In this document: piece by piece, positions 22,666 through 27,694 of the stretch
Layout: every line of letters starts with the position of its first letter
How positions within the stretch are numbered: the first letter of the stretch is position 1
Origin: Chiloscyllium plagiosum
Lineage: Eukaryota
Length of the DNA: 27,694 bases
Direction of reading: 5' to 3'
Assembly: GCF_004010195.1 (NCBI RefSeq)
Contig: NC_057749.1
Span: 12,211,650 to 12,239,343 of the forward strand
The notes under the pieces: generated by a model
Database searches by the model: none
What the model was told of the DNA's origin: nothing
The model's input: the letters and a program-made list of their open reading frames with translations, nothing else
Position numbers and translations under genes: made by a program

Positions 22666-22974
22666 GGGCGGCACGGTGGCTCAGTGGTTAGCACTGCTGC
22701 CTCACAGCGCCAGAGACCCGGGTTCAATTCCCGCCTCAGGCGACTGACTGTGTGGAGTTTGCACGTTCTCCCCGTGTCTGCGTGGGTTTCCTCCGGGTGC
22801 TCTGGTTTCCTCCCACAGTCCAAAGATGTGCAGGTCAGGTGAATTGGCCATGCTAAATTGCCCGTAGTGTTAGGTAAAGGGGTAAATGTAGGAGTGTGGG
22901 TGGGTTGCGCTTCGGCGGGTCGGTGTGGACTTGTTGGGCCGAAGGGCCTGTTTCCACACTGTAATTAATCTAAT
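22666..22974 (+). mobile_element. Full-length HE1-type tRNA-derived V-SINE
   Basis: Pol III A box tggctcagtgg 22677-22687; B box ggttcaattcc 22721-22731; V-domain gtggagtttgcacgttctccccgtgtctgcgtgggtttcctccggg; CR1-like tail gggccgaagggcctgtttcc. Confidence 0.96.
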
Positions 22975-23080
22975 TACAGAGTGGAAACTGTTGTCACCTT
23001 AACCACAGAAATTTGTAAAGAAATAAAATTCCCTCAGCACTGACCCCCATAACAGGGCAGCACTCCCGAAGTACTGACAA

Positions 23081-23178
23081 AAAGCTAGTGTTTTCAAATA
23101 AACCTGTTGGACTACAACCTGGCATCATGTGACTTCTGACTTTGTCCTCCCCAATCCAACACCAGCACCTCCAATCAC
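23081..23178 (+). mobile_element. PLE terminus of the second family (same as 27604-27694), starting at the hammerhead stem III
   Basis: aaagctagtgttttcaaataaacctgttggactacaacctgg..tccaacaccagcacct. Confidence 0.8.
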
Positions 23179-23181
23179 GAT

Positions 23182-23409
23182 TAAAATAACTACAGAGAAG
23201 CTGGTATCCTGTCACCATGTCACCCTTTGTTTACACGTGAAAAATCCTTAACACTTAGTCCAGCTCCCATCGACTCAGTTCTCAGACTGGCAGAATGTCT
23301 AATGTTCCTCTTTTTTATCTGTCAGCCAGGGCTCCCTGATCAGACTGGATTAACAGCCCCAAGTAGGAAATGCATATTCTATGAGGTCCATCTGGATCAC
23401 CATGTTACA
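23182..23409 (-). mobile_element. Probable solo LTR
   Basis: Minus strand begins TGTAAC; TATA-like gataaaaaag; degenerate poly(A) signal gtaaacaaaggg; ends gttatttta (decayed ..TCA). Confidence 0.5.
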
Positions 23410-23449
23410 AGCACTACATTGATCCTCCAACAGTGCAGTGTTCCCCGTA

Positions 23450-23566
23450 CATGGGGTTATGGAGATAAGGCAGGAACTGATGAAGGATGATCAGCCATGA
23501 TCATATTGATGGTGGTGCAGGCTCGAAGGGCAGAATGGCCTACTCCTGCACCTATTGTCTATTGTA
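23450..23566 (+). mobile_element. CR1 extreme 3' end
   Basis: gatcagccatgatc..ggctcgaagggcagaatggcctactcctgcacctattgtctattg. Confidence 0.85.
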
Positions 23567-23732
23567 CCGACTCACTAACAGTGCAGCACTCTGCCATGCA
23601 GAACCTCCAACAATGCAGGAGTCCTTCAGTACGGACAGTGTCACAGTGCACTGCTCCCACTGTACTGATCCTTTGAAAATGTGGTACCCTCTCAGTATTA
23701 ACCCTCCAATGGTGCGGCACTCCTTCAGTAGT

Positions 23733-24303
23733 CAAGAGTAGCTTTATTTGTCATTTCTACCACATTCAACTGATACAGTAAAAAAAAGAGACAGCGTTCC
23801 TCCAGGACCAAGGTGCTACATGGACAGCACAAACTACATGATCATACGCAGGGCAGCATAAAGGGCATAAGCAGTGCAAAACATGTAAGCACATTAATTC
23901 TTGAAAAGTCAAGACAATAGGCACAGTGGTGTAAAAAGATTATGGTGTAGTAAAAGAATGATAATTAATAAAACATTGGTCCAGCAGCAATTTGAAGTCA
24001 TGCAAAGAGTTTCAGCTGGAATACAGTGTTAAGGAGCCTAATGGCCTGGGGGAAGAAACTATTGCAGTCTGGCCATGAGAGACCGAATGCTCCGGCATCT
24101 TCTGTCAGATGGCAAGAAGAAGAAGAGTTTGAGTGAGGGATGTGTGGGGTCTTCCACAATGCTCTTAACCTTTTGGATACAGCATGTGGTGTAAATGCCT
24201 GTAACAAGGGAAGAGAGACCCTGATTATCTTCTCAGCTGTCCTCACTATCCGTTGTATGGTCTTACGATCCAAGACAGTGCAATTCAGCAACCAGGCAGT
24301 GAT
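23733..24303 (-). mobile_element. Rex1/Babar LINE 3' fragment
   Basis: NCTVLDRKTIQRIVRTAEKIIRVSLP..NSFFPQAIRLLN; 3'UTR ending acaaataaagctactcttga. Confidence 0.88.
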
Positions 24304-24310
24304 GGAGCAG

Positions 24311-24440
24311 GAGAAAGTGAGGTCTGCAGATGCTGGAGATCAAAGTTGAAACTTTATTGCTGGAACAGCACAGCAGGTCAGGCAGCATCCAGGGAACAGG
24401 AGATTCGACGTTTCGGGCACAGGCCCTTCTTCAGGAATGA
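24311..24440 (-). mobile_element. PLE terminus with hammerhead (24407-24434)
   Basis: Minus: attc-CTGAAGA-A-GGGC-CTGT-GCCC-GAAA-CGTC-gaat; 4-bp stem I possible. Confidence 0.9.
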
Positions 24441-24454
24441 GCAGAGAGGAAACA

Positions 24455-24802
24455 GAATCCCCAAGTGGAAAATGAAGTGTTGTTCTTTGAACTTGCGTTA
24501 AGGAACACTGCAACAGATCTGGGACAGAAATGTTGGTGTAGGAACACAGTGGTGTGTTGAAGTGGAGGCAGTGGGAAACTCTGGGTCATGTTTTACAGAC
24601 AGAGTGTAGGTGTTCAGCAAAGCGGTCATCAAATCTGTGTTTCATCTCCCCCGATATACAGGAGACCACATTCTGAGCAGTGAATGAAATAAATGAGTTG
24701 AGAGAAGTGCAGGTAAGCTGCTGCTTCACCTGGAAGGTGTGCCTGAGGCCTTGGATACTGAGGTTGGAGGAAGTAAATCGGCAAGTAAGTCACCTTGTGC
24801 AA
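24455..24802 (-). pseudogene. Degraded PLE GIY-YIG endonuclease fragment
   Basis: With frameshifts: TCRFTSS..IQG..TFQVKQQLTCTS..IYFIHCSECGLLYIG..DRFAEHL..HFN..KEQHFIFHLG. Confidence 0.88.
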
Positions 24803-24861
24803 GACCAACCCCTTCCCACAAACGTCACTTCAATATATTACCACCTTTCCTGAGCTGTTAA

Positions 24862-24907
24862 CAGTTCTGATGAAGAATCGCCAGACTCGAAATATTATCT
24901 TGCTTTC
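24862..24907 (+). mobile_element. PLE pLTR with decayed hammerhead; continues at 26601-26684 after the CR1 insertion
   Basis: CTGATGA-a-gaatc-gcca-gactc-GAAA-tatta at 24867-24897. Confidence 0.75.
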
Positions 24908-26596
24908 AAAGAACACAGAACATTACAGCACAGTCCAGGCTCTCTGACCCTCAATGTTGTGCTGACCTGTGAAACCAGCCTGAAGCTGAACTAACCTGCA
25001 TTGTTGCATTATCATCCATATGTTTATCCAATGGCCATTTAAAAAGACATTAAAGTCGGTGAGTCTACTACAGTTGCAGGCAGGGAGTTTCACGCCATTA
25101 CTACTCTCTGAGTAAAGAAACTACCCCTCTGACATCTGTCCTATATCTATCACCGCTCAATTTAAAGCTATGTCCTCTCATGCTAGCCATCACTATCCGA
25201 GGAAAACGTCTCTCTCTGCTAACACTATCTAATCCTCTGATCATCTTTCACATCTCTATTAAGTCACCTCTCAACCTCTTCCTTCTAACGAAAACAGCCT
25301 CAGGTCACTCAGTCTTTCCTCAGAAGACCTTCCTTCCATACCAGACAATATCCTCATAAATCTCCTCTGCATCTTTTCCAAAACTTACACATCCTTCCTA
25401 TAATGTGGTAACCAGAACTGTACGCAATACTCCAAGTGCGGCCACACCATAGTTTCCTACAGCTGCAACATAACCCCATGGTTCATATGCCTTCTTAACA
25501 ATCCTATTAACCTGGGTGGCAACTTTCAGGGATCTATGTACATGGACACGGAGATCTTTCTGCTCATCCACACTGCAAGAACCTTACCATTACCCCAGTA
25601 CTCTGTATTACTGTTACTTCTTCCAAAATGAATCACCTCACACTTTTCTGCATTAAACTCCATTTGCCACCTTTCAGCCCAACTCTGCAGCTTATCTATG
25701 TCCCTCTGTAAGCAGCAATATCCTTCAGCACTGTCCACAGCTCGACCGACCTTAGAGTCATTTGTAAATTTACTAACCCATCCTTCTACGCCATCATCCA
25801 GGTCATGTATAAAAATGACAAACAGCAGTGGCCCCTAAACAGATCCTTATGGTATACCACTAATAACTGAACACCAGGATGAACATTTGCCACCACCACT
25901 CTCTGTCTTCTTTCAGCTAACCAATTTCTGATTCATACCACTAAATCACCCTCAATCCCATACCTCCATATTTACTGCAACAGCTTACCATGGGGAACCT
26001 TATCAAACGCTTTACTGAAATCCATGTACACCACATCAACCACTATACCCTCATTCATCTTCTCAACCATCTCAATAAGCTTTGCGAGGCACGACCTGCC
26101 CTTCACAAAACTGTGTTGACTATCCCTAATCAAATTGTTCCTTTCTAGTTAATAATAAATCCTATATCTTATAATTCTTTCCAGCACTTTACCCACAACT
26201 GAAGTAAGGCTCACTGCTCTATAATTACCAAAGTTGTCTCTACTCCCCTTCTTGAACAAGGGGACAACATTTGCTATCTTCCAGTCTTCTGGCACAATTT
26301 CTGTCGACAATGACGACATAAAGATCAAAGCCAAATGTTCTGCAATCTCCTTCCTGGCTTCCCAGAGAATCTGAGGATAAATCACATCCGGCCCAGGGGA
26401 CTTATCTATTTTCACACTTTCCAGAATTGCTAACACCTCCTCCTTACGAACCTCAGTCCCATCTCATCTAATAGCCTGTACCTCAGTGTTCTCCTCAACA
26501 ACATTGTCTCTTTCCAGTGTAAATACTAATGAAAAATATTCATTTAGCACCTCTCCTATCTCCTCGGACTCCAAGCACAAATTCCCACTCCTGTCC
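24908..26596 (-). mobile_element. CR1 LINE, 5'-truncated, RT region with deletions
   Basis: KSPGPDVIYP, NVVPLFKKG, NYRAVSLTSVVGKVLERII, DVVYMDFSKAFDKVPH, WAERWQMEFNAEKCEVIHFG; tail aaagaacacagaac; ctttc on both flanks. Confidence 0.95.
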
Positions 26597-27040
26597 TTTC
26601 TTCTCACAGATGCTACCATATCAGCAGAGTCTCTGCAGAAATTTCTGTTTTGTTTCCAATCTCCAGCATTCGCTGTTGTGTTTTAATTCCCAAATGAGCC
26701 TGACTTTACAAGCAAATGTGACTGACTGAGTTCCAGCTGACAAAGAGGGAAGGAGCAGAAAAGCTGGGTGACTGGTTGGCCAATAAAATCTGAGTGCTTT
26801 GCTGAAGCATGCAAATATTTTTCAAAGCACAACATCTGTCAGACAAATAAGTCATTTGTTTAATCTCCGCAAAGAACTATTCAATGCTGATGGCTTGTGA
26901 AGGCTTATGATGCTGGGAGCTTAGCTTCAGTAATGTGTGTAAGATCCTTTCATTGTTCTAAATACCTACAGTGTGGCTGTTAGAAGATGCAGCTTGTGGG
27001 CTGTTACATCCACATTTCTGTCAAGTCCTAATGATATGTT

Positions 27041-27177
27041 AAAAGCCAAAAGAACTGCGGCTGCTGTAAATCAGAAACAAAAACAGAAATTGTTGGAGAG
27101 ACTCTGCTGGTATGGTAGCATCTGTGGGTTCTGAGGCTCAGTCGACCCAAAACGTTTCTCTTCACAGATGCTGCCAG
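27041..27177. mobile_element. Decayed PLE fold-back remnant
   Basis: agcatctgtg..cacagatgct inverted around a collapsed hammerhead gttctga..gacccaaaacgtt. Confidence 0.7.
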
Positions 27178-27529
27178 CTCTAATGCTATGTTCTAGGTTC
27201 AGTTACAGAAAGCAAGCAAGCAGGCTCTTGCTCAAAGTTTTCTCCGCCTCTCGTTCCTTTACCTCATAAAGGATAAAGCTGGATGGGATGCTGAGACATT
27301 TTCTTATTTGGTGAGGGATCCACTGGGAATGATAACTAAGCAGAGATACTTGCCATGTGTTCAGTGTGTCGGTCTCTGCTGTCTGCTTTGCCTGGAGCTG
27401 CTGCTTCCATTATGCGCCTGGGACCCATGATTTTCATCGCAACTCACTCTGTGATTATCTTTTTGAATTGAGACTCAACAGCATTTGGCAAGATTTAACA
27501 ATGTTACTCAGGGCTGGCAACACAGAAAC

Positions 27530-27694
27530 AAAGTTAAAAATCAGACAACACTAGGTTATAGTTCAACAGATTTATCAGCTACCTGATGAAGGAGCAGTGC
27601 TCCGGAAGCTAGTGCTTCCAAATAAACCTGTTGGACTATAACCTAGTGTTGTCAGATTTTTAACTTTGCCCACCTTAGTCCAACACCGGCACCT
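27530..27694 (+). mobile_element. PLE-type fold-back element of a second family, with central hammerhead motif
   Basis: Arms 27530-27575 and 27622-27667; CTGATGA-A-GGAGC-AGT-GCTCC-GGAA-GCTA at 27583-27611; tail runs to the window end. Confidence 0.85.

Larger units (their letters stand above)
23030..23731. repeat. Degenerate ~33-bp tandem array (ccctcagtactgaccctccaacagtgcagcact-like) split by later insertions
   Basis: Units at 23030-23078, 23420-23450 and 23567-23731. Confidence 0.55.

Noticed and set aside
22666..22740. tRNA gene
   Set aside because: The A/B boxes belong to the SINE head; there is no cloverleaf, and the V-domain follows

Overview
Vertebrate, almost certainly elasmobranch (shark/ray), genomic DNA, judged from the HE1-type V-SINEs and abundant CR1 LINEs. 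Roughly three quarters of the window is retroelement debris, and there are two assembly gaps (10904-11403, 12471-12820). It holds many CR1 fragments, including one copy with 5'UTR, ORF1 (Zn-finger plus SGNH esterase) and APE endonuclease. It also holds a young GC-rich Tx1-clade LINE, a Rex1/Babar fragment, a decayed Gypsy element with Gmr1-like domain order, a probable solo LTR and two HE1 SINEs. About nine Penelope-like element (PLE) fragments are present, several of them fold-back palindromes with target-site duplications and minimal type-I hammerhead ribozyme motifs (CUGANGA-stem II-GAAA-palindromic stem III). A GC-box/CpG-rich promoter at ~22140-22340, minus-strand splice signals and an isolated 57-nt candidate exon at 2986-3042 suggest that most of the window is intronic to an unidentified minus-strand gene. 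No intact protein-coding gene could be named. Nearly all ORFs in the supplied track are transposon remnants, antisense shadows or gap artefacts.
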